Of a stretch of DNA of 64,000 nt, positions 1-12,489 are shown piece after piece. The number at the start of each line of letters is the position of its first letter. Position 1 is the first letter of the stretch. The notes below the pieces were generated by a model that was not told the origin of the DNA, did not search any database, and worked only from the letters and a program-made list of their open reading frames with translations. This stretch comes from the human T2T-CHM13v2.0 reference genome, Homo sapiens. The stretch is from assembly GCF_009914755.1 (NCBI RefSeq), contig NC_060929.1, one strand, 5' to 3'. Both the position numbers and the translations under genes were made by a program.

Positions 1-208
1 GGACCAACACACACTGGAGCCTGTCAGGGGAGGGGGTTCAGGGGAGGGTGGGCACCAGGAAGAATAGCTAATGGATGCTGGGCTTAATACCTACATGATG
101 GGAGGATCTGTGCAGCAAACCACCACGGCACATGTTTACCTGTGTAACTAACCTGCACATCCTGTACATGTACCCCTGAACTTAAAATAAAAACTGAAGA
201 TAAAAAAT
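1..208 (+). mobile_element. L1 3' UTR end (older L1PA/L1PB type), cut by the window start
   Basis: G-rich tract, then ...ggcacatgtttacctgtgtaactaacctgcacatcctgtacatgtacccctgaacttaaaataaaa, the typical primate L1 3' terminus, followed by an A-rich tail. Confidence 0.9.
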
Positions 209-1139
209 ATTAAATCATATGAATAAATATACATTTACAGCTTTTATAAAAACATGTTACTAACATGCGGGAATGCTTGTTTTTTGAACTGCTTTCTCAA
301 TAACAGTGATAGATCTACACTCTCTTGTCTGATTCATGTTGTAATCAATTCTACTCATTTGTGAAGCTGAGGTGAGGTGTGTGGCCAAGAAACAGAGGGA
401 AGTTAATTTGTATACACATGCAAAAAGAACACCTTATTAATTTCAGAATATAACCAATTGAGCTAACTTGTTTCACCTCTTTGATCACATAAGCCACAGC
501 TAAAAAAAAAACCCATCGACTATTGGGAGCAAGGAAGAACAATGAATAAGGGTATGAATTATAATACCCTTGTAAAACCAAATATTTGTTTAACAAAACT
601 TCTGTTTAAAATGGAAGCCGTTGGTTCTTAACGATACCTGGGACTTGGATGCCATTTCACAGTTGATGAAATGGGCAGCCATCACCTTTAAGACATAGAA
701 AGTGAGAATTCAAAGGATTAAAGGAGTTACCGGAGATTCCAAAGCTAATAGAAGTCACTCCCAGGGCGTGAAGCTAGAACCAGGGCTTATTCCATTGCAA
801 CATGGTAGTTTTAGGCTCTCACCTTTAGAAAAAAGGTACAATGGCTTACAAAGGTACTTCTAACTCATTAATAAAATAAAATTCAAACAAAAGATAATTC
901 ATGATTTCACAAACAGTTCTCTCCCGCTGTAAATATTAATGACTGAAAAATATATAAATGCACACAGTTTTACAGATTGTTTGCATGGGCAGAACAATAC
1001 AAGTTCATCTTCCTTACTTTGTAATTTTTTTTAAACCATATTTCAAATCAGCCAGGTGCTTATTTTGATTGCCACCTGTAATACAGTTTATAAGTGTGTT
1101 TACTGCCATGTTACCAAAGAACAAAGTAATTTAAAATGT

Positions 1140-1800
1140 TGTCTCCATCTCTCCAGTTGCTCAAGATAAAAAAAAAAACAAAAAAAAAAACAAAACCAAC
1201 TTTGAATCATCCTTGATTTCCCTCTCTCTCTCATTTACTCCAATCCAATCCAATGATGAATCCTGTTGACTCTATCTTTAAATGAGATTTTTATAAATGC
1301 AATTTCCTCTCATTTTCCTTACTTGCACCACCGAGGTCTAAGTGATATTTGCCTGGATAAATGTCTGCGTTAGCCTCCCAATGGGTCTCTCCACCTCTCT
1401 CCTTGCCCTTCAGTTTATTTTTAATACAGGAGCCAGAATACTTCTTTTAGAACGTAAGTTAAATCATACACTTTTCTGCTCATAAGTGCTTACCATCTCA
1501 TTCAAAGTAAAAGTCAAAGTTATACAATGACCTACAAGACTCTCCAGGATCTGGCCTCCAGGCATCCCTCTGAAATCACCTCCTACCAACACTTTCCTCA
1601 CACTTGTGCCATTTGGCCAGTATGGTCTCCTTGATGCTCCTGAATGTACCGGGCAGGTTCCTGAGGTCAGGGCTTATGAACTTGCTATTCCTGTTGTCTA
1701 CAATGCTCTTCCTCAAATGACTTCCATGGATTGCTCTCTCAGATATTGTGCTCAAAGTTATCATGTCTGCAAGTCCTTTACCAGTTCTGCCTTTTGACCT
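1140..1800 (+). mobile_element. L2 LINE fragment (degraded)
   Basis: L2-like motifs: ccagttgctcaag, gaatcatccttgatt, ccatctcattcaaagtaaaagtcaaagt, ggatctggcctcc. Boundaries approximate. Confidence 0.7.
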
Positions 1801-1959
1801 AGGTTGGAAGGGATCTCTCTCCTCCAAACTTCTAGACAACATTCTGAGTACCAAGAGCTCCTGCCCCTGTGGCCCTAAGCCCACTTGCAAGACATGCAGA
1901 CTGTGAGATGAAACCTCATGGAAGAATTACACATGCTGGGTGGGTCTGCTTTTCACTAA

Positions 1960-2157
1960 AGCTTCCTCAAGTCTTGTGACTATACTATTTCTCCCAGGAT
2001 GTCTCGTTGCATCCTTAATTTAGCTCCTAATTCAGAGCTAAGCTCATGGTCCAGAGCTTGAAACAGTCCATGAGCTTGGCTTTGAATTAGGAGCTAAATT
2101 AAAGATGCAATGAGATATCTTGGGAAAAAGAGTGTAGTCACAAGACTTGAGGAAGCT
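1960..2157. repeat. Long imperfect inverted repeat (90-bp arms, 18-nt spacer)
   Basis: 1960-2049 is the reverse complement of 2068-2157 with 9 substitutions and no indels (aligned by eye). Confidence 0.97.
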
Positions 2158-3559
2158 GTTGTCCTGCCTGAGAGTTCTGTCCCTAGATACATCAACACGA
2201 GGCTATTCTTTTCCTGCAGGCAGTCCTTCAAAGTTTTCCTTTATGGAAACTGTATGTAGCTGAGGCCAGAGCAATATCTTATATCTGAAATATGCACTTC
2301 TTACCAGGTCTGAGGGCAAACTCACTGGTGGTCCAAATTTATATCAGCACAATATCCTCTTGACTTCCTATGGAAGGCCTAGATTTTGTGGGGAGTGGAC
2401 ATCAGGATACTTCAAGGGGGCTGAGGTATAGATGCTACTGTATCCATCCTGACCACCATTTCCTGGTTGATGAGACAACCCCTTCCAGGGAGGACTTGCC
2501 CTCCTCCCTTAACAGAGCAGAGTTTTGTGGCTCTTCGGGGTTGCTTATGCCATATTCAATGTAAGCCCAGAACACAGATGAGGAAGCTCAGCACAGGGTT
2601 ATGGCATGTCCACACTGGACAGGGCCGTGGGTCCTCATTCATTCAACACTTCCTTCTACTCATGGAAACCTGAAGTTCCAAGAAGACACTCTGGCATCTA
2701 CTTTAAGCACACATACCCTCATCCCCTCGAAGTCAGTGAAAAGCCTGAAAAGGCAAGGGAAAAAACAAATAAATAAAATTCTCTTTCATACTCGGAACTA
2801 AAATTTCCCGTCTTGAAAAGACATCTGTCTTCATATTTGAATACTACTTTGGGTGAGTTTTGGCAGCCTTTAAAAGGGCACCTTTAAAAATACTTTTTTG
2901 TGTGTGTTCCAGCTAATATCTTCTTCCCAGCTGAGAAATCTGATTTTCAATTAATACATTAAAAATTTGTTCCTTTCTTGCTGTGTTCTAACCATGGTAT
3001 GAAGCTCCCTCTATAAGCCAAATTTATCTGCTAGCCTCACACTTTGAGTATTTAGAGAACCTGTGGGTTGTGCTGAAAATGGCGGTCCTTTTCTCAAAGT
3101 CAGGTCAGGCAGGGATGTTAGCACTGGCATCCAAGTCTTTGCACTGTCTATATTCTCACAATAGCAGAGGAAGATGAATGCTCTTATTCCTGTTGTCTTT
3201 GGTCCATGAAAGGTAGACCACGAGCACCCTGGGCAGGCATCACAGTCTACTGAAATTGCTCGTATGCCTGCTGTTTATATGTTGTCTTCCTGAACTAGAC
3301 CATGTGTGTATTGAGAGCAGGAGAGGGTCTTTTTGGCTTGTGTTATTTCCACTTACAACGCAGTGAAAGGAAGGAAAGAAGATTATCAGGGAATAAAGAA
3401 GGAATCCAGAAATGTCTAGAGATAACTGATGATTCACAGGGTGGCTTCTGATTTGCTTACTGTTTATAAAAGCCATATTCATATTAAGTACACAAGAATA
3501 ATTTACTAGCATAGTGCACAGCTTTGAGTTTTATGTCTGTCCCACATTCTTTCATTTTC

Positions 3560-4080
3560 AGAACTTCCTTTTGCTTACTCCCCATGATTCGAGTGGGACT
3601 GTTAACAGGCTTACCTTGCCCAATGAAGGGTGAATATGTGCCCCTTGCTGGCACGTATTGAGAGTATCCAAGTGAGAGTATCCAAGCCCCTCTGGACTCT
3701 GCTAAGTCCAAGAGTGAGAACATGACTCAAGCAAGGACGGTGGCTTCTTTTTATGGAGACAGATGCTGGGAGACAATCTCTTTCCTTCTGGGACCGTGAG
3801 CTGCAAGGAACTTAGGAGCCTGGAAAGGCTGGAGCCCGTCTTTCATTCCACATGGAGAAAGCTTATCAGAGCAGGATGTTAACACAGAGGAAAGCAGAGA
3901 TAAGAGAGAGGAAGGGAAGGAGAGATGGTAGCTGCTGCTTGAACACTGCATGCAATTATGTCTGAAGATCAATCCAGTGAGTTCAGACTTTTGAGCTAAT
4001 TATATTTATTTATAGATTTATTTTTGCTTAGCTCTGTTTGAGTTAGGTTTCTGACACTTACAACCAAAAAGTCTTGATAA
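3560..4080 (+). mobile_element. Old MaLR LTR (MLT1J/K-like)
   Basis: MLT1-type 3' end ttttgcttagctctgtttgagttaggtttctgacacttacaaccaaaaagtcttga and internal aacacagaggaaagcagag. The 5' boundary is uncertain. Confidence 0.6.
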
Positions 4081-5137
4081 CAATGACTACTATAACAAGT
4101 AACAATGAACCAGCACAAGTGATTGAGTGGGGTGTCATGTTCTACAGCATGGAAAAAGCAATACGAATCAGGGTTCCTGACCTCATGGAAGAGATCTGGA
4201 TTACAGTTCTAGTGACACACTCATAGCCCCTCATTCTGCACTGGCTCCAGCCAAAAGTCACCACTGTGACAATTTTTGGCATCCTTCGGCCTTCTTTTGG
4301 CCTCCAGAGAACGATTATGGCTCTCCTTTTCCTTCTAAGGGTACTCCAATCAAGATAGGAAAAAAAAAAAAAAGGAAATAAACACGAAAAAGAAAAAAGC
4401 ATTTTCCTCTTGGCTTAGACCCATTGGCCCCATCCAAGTCAGAAAAACTACAGACCTGCATCTGCTTATAACCCAGAAAAAACTAGAGTGTCACCAGAGA
4501 GCCCTCCACTCTACTGATACAAATAAACAGTGTCAGCGGGACAGAAAGTCCTTGAATTTCAAGGGAATGTTTGGCCGTTAAGCAAGCATGTTAAGTTAGC
4601 AAACAAACCAGGCCTATCCAAGCAGTGGGCCACCAGAGCTCAGGCAGACCCAAGGAATGTGGCAAATTCCTTGAGGCAGCTGTTTTTATAGAAACCCAAG
4701 TAATTCCTTTCATTGTAACAGTTTAGTTCATGATCTTAGCATGGAGTTTGGGGGCATTTTCTGTATTTTCCACTAAAGCTATGTTAACAAGCAAAATTTA
4801 TACTTTCTTTTGCCCTCTGTTATCAAGTGCAACCCAAGCCACCAATACTTGGGACAATATCACTGGCATTTGTGGCTGGGTCCGCATTTGTCAGAAGGAA
4901 TTCTTCTCTTCAGTCCTTTTCTAAGTTAGCCCTGGAACTTTAGTCATACCTAGAATGACTTTTATTAAATAAGGCATGTTAGAGATGAAATATAAAAGTG
5001 ATCCAATTTTACAGTCTAATGTGACAACACTCTTGCAGGGGAAAAGTGACTGAGGTGTAGAAAGGAGCCAGAGAGGAAGAGCATTACCCAAGGTACAGGA
5101 TCAATTCTCTCATGGGCTCAGATGTGTTACTCTATAA

Positions 5138-6146
5138 CAGAGGCAGGCAAACTACTGCTCTGGACCAAATCCAGTCCACCACCAAGCTAAAAATGATTTT
5201 GACATTTTTGAATAGTTGAAAACAATTAAAAATGAAATATTCTGTGACATGTCACAATTGTATGACATTTCCATTTCAGTGTTAATTCATAAAGTTCCAC
5301 TGGAACAGTCATGCCTATTCCTTTCTATGGCTGCCTTCATGCTACAATGACACAGTTGGGTAGTGGGTGAAAATGCCTTTGCAAAAATTGTATCAGTGAG
5401 AAAATTATGGCAGTGAAGGAGATCTGATTTAGCCATCTCTGCTCTTACCTTTAGTGGTCAAGCTGCCTTAATTACTCCTGGGCTGAGGCCAAGATAACTT
5501 TGGAAGACTTTTAGGTTATGGTTTAAATGATAATAGCCCCTCCCCAAAAGTCAACCACCTTTGTAAAGCCATGAGAGAGCCCCAGTCTATGGGGAGGAGA
5601 GGAGCCTGAATTCTGCTAAGGTGTAGGCTGGTCACAAGATATGCAAATTCCCCAATTACTCCTGCAGATAACATCACTATTGCAGATTGGCCTTTTGAGA
5701 TATGTTTTCAGGTTTTTTGCATGTCTGACATGGTTGGCTCCACTTGTACCAGATGGCTTCACCCGGACCTGCCAAATCACCCTTAGGGCCCCACCTATAA
5801 GTGAATCAGCTCAAGAGGACAGCTTTGACCCCTTACGATTTCTTCTCCGCTTCAACCAATCAGTGGAAAGCACCCATTTCCTAGCCACCCCCACCTCTTC
5901 CCCTAAACTGTCTTTGAAAAACCACTAGCCCACAAGCCTTCGATAAGACTGACTTGAGTAATAACTCTGTCTCTCACATGGCGTGGCCGGCCTTGTGTCA
6001 GTTAAACTCTTTACTGCAGAGCTGTGGTCTTTGTGTAGTGGGCAGGAAGAACCCATTGGGTAATTACATTTTATAGAGGCCATTTAACCTGCAAAAGCAA
6101 AACTACTTCTATCTAGTCAATTACAAACATAATCTGCTGACCCTTT
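5138..6146 (+). mobile_element. MER58B-like hAT-Charlie DNA transposon, split by an LTR
   Basis: Starts cagaggcaggcaaactac and ends ...ctgctgacccttt. Degenerate 8-bp TSD ctctataa/ctctacaa. Interrupted at 5368-6068. Confidence 0.75.
5368..6068 (+). mobile_element. ERV1 solo LTR, LTR8 family (LTR8A-like)
   Basis: TG...CA termini: starts tgaaaatgcctttgcaaaaattg, ends gggcaggaagaacccattgggtaattaca. About 700 bp. Confidence 0.8.
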
Positions 6147-7649
6147 CTCTACAAAGATCTTTCTTTCAAGACTATTGATTATATTGCTATCCCTTGGAAG
6201 ACATCAGAGAAGCATAAGATACAATGAAAGAGCAAGTAGAGTTGTCATCCTGGCTTCATTCCCAGTTACCTGCGCAACCCTAGAAAGTGATTTAACTCTT
6301 GTCGGTCCTTACTTCCCTCCTGTAGTACCTTATTTTAGAGCTGGTAATAACTTCATTTCAACTCTAAAAATTATTTGATCTCACAAAAGCCTGGTTGCAA
6401 AGGGATAGGTTGGATGGTTGGGAGCACATTCATCATGACCAAAGATTAATACTAGGAAAGAGGCCTAGGCAGGATCTTGTTCTACAAAAGAATACAGCAT
6501 TGTTGTTTTATGAGGCATCCTGATCCCTAAAAATCACAACTCTATCCACATGACTTTATTTTCAAAACTGTGGCCATAATCACAGAAGCAAAGTGAATTC
6601 AAAAATCAAAGGACCCAGCTGGATTCCAACTTGCCAAGTACTTTGTCTTGAAAATATCTGATCATGGTGCCAGTAAAAGGAGATGCATTAATCTGGAATA
6701 ATCGGTGAGGTTCCTTGCTTCATCAGGCAAGTTACTTTTTGTTTTCTCAGAGGGTAGTGTTGGCTTGCATTATCTGGATAAATGCCCCGACTGTCTTTTT
6801 GGATCGGCTAATGAAGATCTGGCTAGAGCCAGTATGCTTGGCAGCCCAGATTCACGTTGGAAAATAAAACTTGCACAGAAGATAATTTTACAAGTGTTAG
6901 ATTCTTTTCCTTGTGAGCCTTAAAACACTGTCGATCCTAGTTCTTTTCCAAAAGTCTTGTGAGACAGAAAAAGCTTGAGGTTTGTCAGGTGATATTTTTT
7001 AAAGCCAATTTTCCAAGGCTTTAAAAAACTTGAGCTGCTATGGATTTAGCACTTAATCATATTCATCTGTGGACGTGATTCATAGTCACAATAAATAGCT
7101 GCCGCTTTTCCAATGAGTCCTGTGCATCAAGAAAAATCCTGGGCATTAAATTCTAACATTTGTCACAAGACCTGCCAACCCTTATCCTTTCCAGTAACAA
7201 AAGACTTGTCAATGATTATGGTGAATTAAGTTCTGGTTACAACATAAGTGTGGCACACAAGAAAATCTATCTATCTTAGCATTACTATTTTGTAAACTTC
7301 AATGTGATTTCACCTTTCTGCTGGATCAAAAAATATTTTATATTCAAGATTGGCTCCCAAAACAAACCACAAAGTTTGAGTAGCTCAAATTCATAGGGCT
7401 CAACATTCTTTCTACCAAAAGGAGCTTCTTGGCCTCTAGGGTGTATTTTGTATACTTTTTATCCATAATTTGAGGAAATATGTACAAGGATTTTCCATTC
7501 AAAATAAGTGGGAATACAAAAGTAGCATAAGAATGAATTTTACCGGATTCTTATGAAACTATGTGAGCACACTAAGTACGTAATCACATACATGCCCTCC
7601 GAAGAGATTGCTACTTGGGACTGCAGTCTCAGAATGCAAGCCTTCTCCA

Positions 7650-7790
7650 ACAGGAGGGTCAGAGCTGAGCGGGATCTCAGAGATAAGCTGGTCCAGTTGT
7701 TTCATACCCCAGATGAAGAAAGGGAGGCTCTGGAGGGGAGCAACAGGTCTGAGTGAGCAGCTCACTGGCTGCAGAACTGGATCCAAGGTC
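7650..7790 (-). mobile_element. MIR SINE fragment
   Basis: Antisense MIR core-like sequence (cagatgaagaaagggaggctctggagggg). Approximate. Confidence 0.55.
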
Positions 7791-8017
7791 TACCTCTCCA
7801 CATGCCTCGTCCCTGTGTCTCCCGGGCAGTTTCCTCTATCCTGTCTCCATTGTGACCCCTTGTAAGTAAAATGATTCACTGTTTTAGAAATCATTGCCTT
7901 GTGAGTGGAAGGGGAGTACGTTGATATATTCCAATGGACTCCTTGAGTTAATTTGCCTCTATTTTCTGCCAGTGGATCTTGTTGAATCACACATACCTCT
8001 GCAACTGGGAGTCCTTT

Positions 8018-8357
8018 TGAGACAGCCAGGTGGGAAGGCGGTTCCCAGAAAACTCCAACCGACTTGCGCACTGGGAGGAATACACACTGGGGTGGAGCCA
8101 CAGAAGTTTGCTCTGCTGGCAGAGGGGAGGAGTCTGGCCCCTCCTCTTCCTGGGTGGCACCTGGGATTCAACCTGTGAGGTGGGAAGTACTCTAGCAGGG
8201 ACTCTGGCTTTGGAGAGGGCCCCTGTTTCTAATTTCCCCATTTTTGCCCAATAAATTTCATTTTTCTCCCCCTCGAAATCGTCTGTGAGCCTAATTTTTC
8301 ATGGCCGTGCGACAAGGACCTGGCTCTTCGCTGAACTAAGGAGGAAGTCCTACCACA
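8018..8357 (+). mobile_element. ERV1 solo LTR, MER61 family
   Basis: tgagacagccaggtgggaagg...gctgaactaaggaggaagtcctaccaca, internal AATAAA, and a 4-bp TSD CTTT at 8014-8017 and 8358-8361. Confidence 0.88.
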
Positions 8358-8849
8358 CTTTGCTGTTATTTGCACTAGCAGACAACGAGTCCCTAAGTCT
8401 TCCTGAAAGCCTGCCAGAATGATGTGGGATTTACTTTGCCTGAACATTAGGACTCAGCAAATCCAGAGGAATGCCATTTCATGAGGAGCAGCTAGGATGC
8501 GAGATAATGACAAGTGAATTGTGCATTCAGGCTGCATAAAAGAAAGGCTTACATTAGAACATGAGTGGAAGGAGTGAGGACAGTGGCTTTTTAAATTTCT
8601 ATTCACTGCTGGTATTATCAGAGTGGAATTTGCAAGGCAAAGGGTCAGAGACATGGTAAGTGCTACAGGGAGATGTATTTGACTAAAGGAAGTATATGTA
8701 TTGCTGAAATTGTACATGTAAATTGAATAATAGATTTCAATGATAAATTCAAGGAAGGCTTATGTTAATTTCTTAATCCTTCTCAAGTGCCTACATTTTC
8801 TAACTTTTTAAACATCAACTTTCTCTGGCCCTAGCATTCCTGAGAAGTT

Positions 8850-10060
8850 CATTTATTCATGCATGCAGGCATCAAGTATTCACTGATTGCTGACTATGTA
8901 GAAGCAGTGTACTAGAGACACTGTGACAAATAGATGGACTTGGCTGCTGATGAAATGCAACCCAAGTAAAGGTACCAGGTTAAGGTAGACACACTATATG
9001 ACTAGTTGGTAGGAAGCTCTGGCAATTCATATACTGAAAACATGTGGCTGAAAGCCTGCTTATTGAAGCTGAGGTTTGAGATAGAACTAAATAAGTTTTT
9101 AGCTATTTTAAGCCGTCAGTCACGTCATTTTTGCTTGGAATAATTCTTCAGATTGGATTAGATATAAATAACTGTCCACGTCTCCTTGGCCACTTGCCTT
9201 AGTGGCTTTACTAAGTACATGATTACTATTCAAAGACTATATAAAGAATGGAAACTTATACAACCAATTAGCTGATATCTGGGGCTTACAATCTAGTGGA
9301 GGACACAGGCAAGAAACAAGTAAACCTGATGACAAACATAATAATTATAGGCAGTGGTAAGTTCCAATAATACCCAACAAAGCCAAGAACAGTTTACTAA
9401 GGGTGCTCAGGGAAGGGATCTCTGAATATGAACCATGTAAAGCTTATACATAAAAAATGCAGAGGAGTCAACTGCTTGAGATTCTCAGAAAAGGCATTCC
9501 GGGCAATGAAAATAGCAAGCACAAAAAGTCTCAAATCGAGAAAGCACTTCGATTGCTTGAGATGTTGAAAAGGCAAGCATGGCTGCAATATATGAGAAAT
9601 GGAGTCTGGTATAAGACTGGGGAGGCAGGTAGGGGCTGAATGCATCAGGGTCTACAAGTGTGGATTTTCTTCTAAGTACACTGAAAAGCCACAAGCGTTT
9701 AAATTAGTGATACAGATTTTAAAATATTATTTTGGCAACTGTGTGTACAATGAAATGGAGAGAGACAATGGAAAAAAAATAGAAGCAGTGGAACCAGGCT
9801 GCTGGAGGACTCAGTCCAGTTCAGAGTTGATGCCAGGATTAGGATGGTAGCGGTGGAACTGGTGAGGACAGGTAAGACTTGAGATATATTTCAGGGACAA
9901 AGATTTCAGGGATAAGATTTGCTAATAAGATTTGATAAGATTGAAAGAGAGTAATCAAAGATGATTCCTAAGTTTCTGGTTTGGGTCTCTGTGTTGAGGA
10001 TGGTCCACTTACGAATGAGAGGGAAATAAAGAGTCCCCTTAGTACATTTACATTTAAAAT
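8850..10060 (-). mobile_element. L2 LINE 3' region, interrupted at about 8950-9279
   Basis: Antisense L2 3' end (ttcatttattcatgcatgc...) resumes at ggggcttacaatctagtgg and continues through gatgattcctaagtttctggtttgg. Confidence 0.75.
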
Positions 10061-12172
10061 GTCAGTTAATGGGTGACTTATTAAAGTTTTATAACTGCAC
10101 ATTTCCTGAATTAGTTTTTACCTAAGCAGTTCTACAATGTGAAGACTTAGAGACTCAAGGAGAATTCTGCTGATCTTTTCTTGGGATCAAAAATTACTCT
10201 GGATGACTTTCCCAGGTGTTCTGCTCTTCCATCAACCACCACTTTGCCCTGCCCAAATCAGTGCAGCATCCTACTATAGGAACAAAAACAAACAAGAACT
10301 CAAAGCGGGTAAAAACACCAGCAATGAACACCTGCATTCCATGTAGCTGCATAACAGAGACTCTCTGATTAACTCTATCGTTCTTTACCGAATGGCTCAC
10401 CTTTGAACAGTTTCTCTGCATTGTACCAATAGGCAAGGAGATAGCAAGTTACACCATTCAAAAATTGCTACTGAATGGAAATAATGATTTCTTCTTTTAC
10501 ACAAAGGTTCTTTAGGTGTTCTCAGGAAGTAGAACCACCTATTTCATTTGAGATGTCTATTGAAAGGGGTTTTTGATGGTTCTGTTCAAGCCAATTTATT
10601 TCTATGGACTTATTTTCTTAGGTCATAAACAAATAATGCCTGGGTAACCATTGGCCTTTGGAATCTAGTGATTCGGGCTTATTTACAGTAGTACGATCTT
10701 ACCTTGGGGTAGCTCCAGAGTTTACAGAAGAGGCTAATTCTTATGGAAGAATATGTGAAGTATTTACTGAAAGAATTATATGCCAGGGATAGTCTTATTT
10801 GTCTTATAAACCTTTATAAACATATGGTTGAAAAGTTTGAGAAATTAAAACAATACTGTTCCATGACTATTTCAGCAGAACTGAATTCTGCTGGTGAACG
10901 TGGAATTCACATTCTAGGAGAGGAGAAACCTGGGACTTGTTAAGGGTTAGTCTCCATGGACAAGCTCTTTCAGACAATCTTTGAAACATGTCCAATATTA
11001 CCATTTGGTTGATAGTAATAGTTTCTATCCTCATATTCCTACACACAACTTAACTACACATAGGTCCATAGTCAGAAATGATACCATTTAGCATTCATGT
11101 GTTGCAAATAATGATACAGAGCTTTGATTGTTGAGGCCAAGGTTTGAGACAGAACAAGACATGCTTGGAGACACTTTAAGATTGAGTCCTCCATAATCAT
11201 TCTTTTTTGTTTGTTTTGCCTCAGAATAGTACTTCAAACTAAATATGAATTATTGTCTAAGGCTTCATGGTCATGTCCCCTAGTGGTCAATTCTAGATTG
11301 TCTGATACGTGTTATAGCCCTTTCACATCTTTTCAATATTGGAATAAATTTCCAGCCACAATCAACTCTGCTTTGGATAGCATGGCTTGTTTAATGTGAC
11401 AACTGGATTTTGTAATAACAATGTACACAAAAGACACTCTTGGGGAAAAGAATTCATAACTGGAGAATATCTTGTTTTTTCAACTGTGTAATCTTTATTT
11501 TTTTCAAATTTCTTCCTCTCTTACATCCATTTAGATTTGGTAGTCCACAGAGTTAACCAGGTAATTTAATTAGCTGGGATGGTTGAGCCTTTGGACTGAT
11601 TTTGCCAATATCTTGGAATACATTATTGCAGATGTTCAGAGAATCAGCATTCAATATTCTCCTTTCAATCTTGAAGACAAATAGGAGAAGAAGCTCTGAT
11701 ACTCCACAAAAAATGAGGGTAGACTTATTCTTAGATAAAAATTCTCAAAGGAAGCTTACAATGAATACAAGTTGTGAGGCACACATATAATGGCCACACT
11801 GCAGAACTCTTACAATCCTTGCAATAAGAGCAACAGCTCATATATCAATTGACTATATTTGCTTTCCCTGTGTATTATATTGCTTTTTAATAGTAATTAT
11901 TGGTATGTCAGCATCATCTGGAAGTTTGTGGCTAAATTGGTTCCAAATACACACCCTTAAACATATGATAAGAAATAGTGGTTTCTGTTTTTTGTATATG
12001 CTAGAGTCTTAGGAGTTCAATTGGCCTGACATTCAAGAATGGCTATGATGGTAAATTCAATTCTATACAAACTTTTTCTCTAAGAAGAAATTACTTCTAC
12101 CTCTAGCTAAAATGGAGTAGCTTATTCACACTAATGCTGCTGCTAAAAATAACATCAATCTGTTTGTCTATC

Positions 12173-12224
<52 letters not shown>
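12173..12224. repeat. (ATCT)13 tetranucleotide microsatellite
   Basis: 13 perfect ATCT units counted directly, with variant units either side. Confidence 0.97.
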
Positions 12225-12227
<3 letters not shown>

Positions 12228-12489
12228 ATCTAACTCTTTAAAGATATTGGTCAATGAGAGGGATCCAAGATCCCACAGAAAAGGGAAGTAGATTGAGGCG
12301 AGTCTCATACTGGCTTCTCTTCATTTCTTCTTGAGGCATTTGCCAATTTTTGGAGCAAGAATAGATGTGGCATTAAATAAATTGTTCTGGGATTTGAGAC
12401 AGTGTCACTGGGCTAGGGGCTGCCAATATGACTGAGTTTTGAAAGTCAATAATCCAGGGATGAGAGAATCACAGAAAGTGAGCCCAGAC

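Noticed and set aside
8018-8357. p53-responsive enhancer in MER61
   Set aside because: Some MER61 subfamilies carry p53 sites, but I see no paired RRRCWWGYYY motif in this copy.
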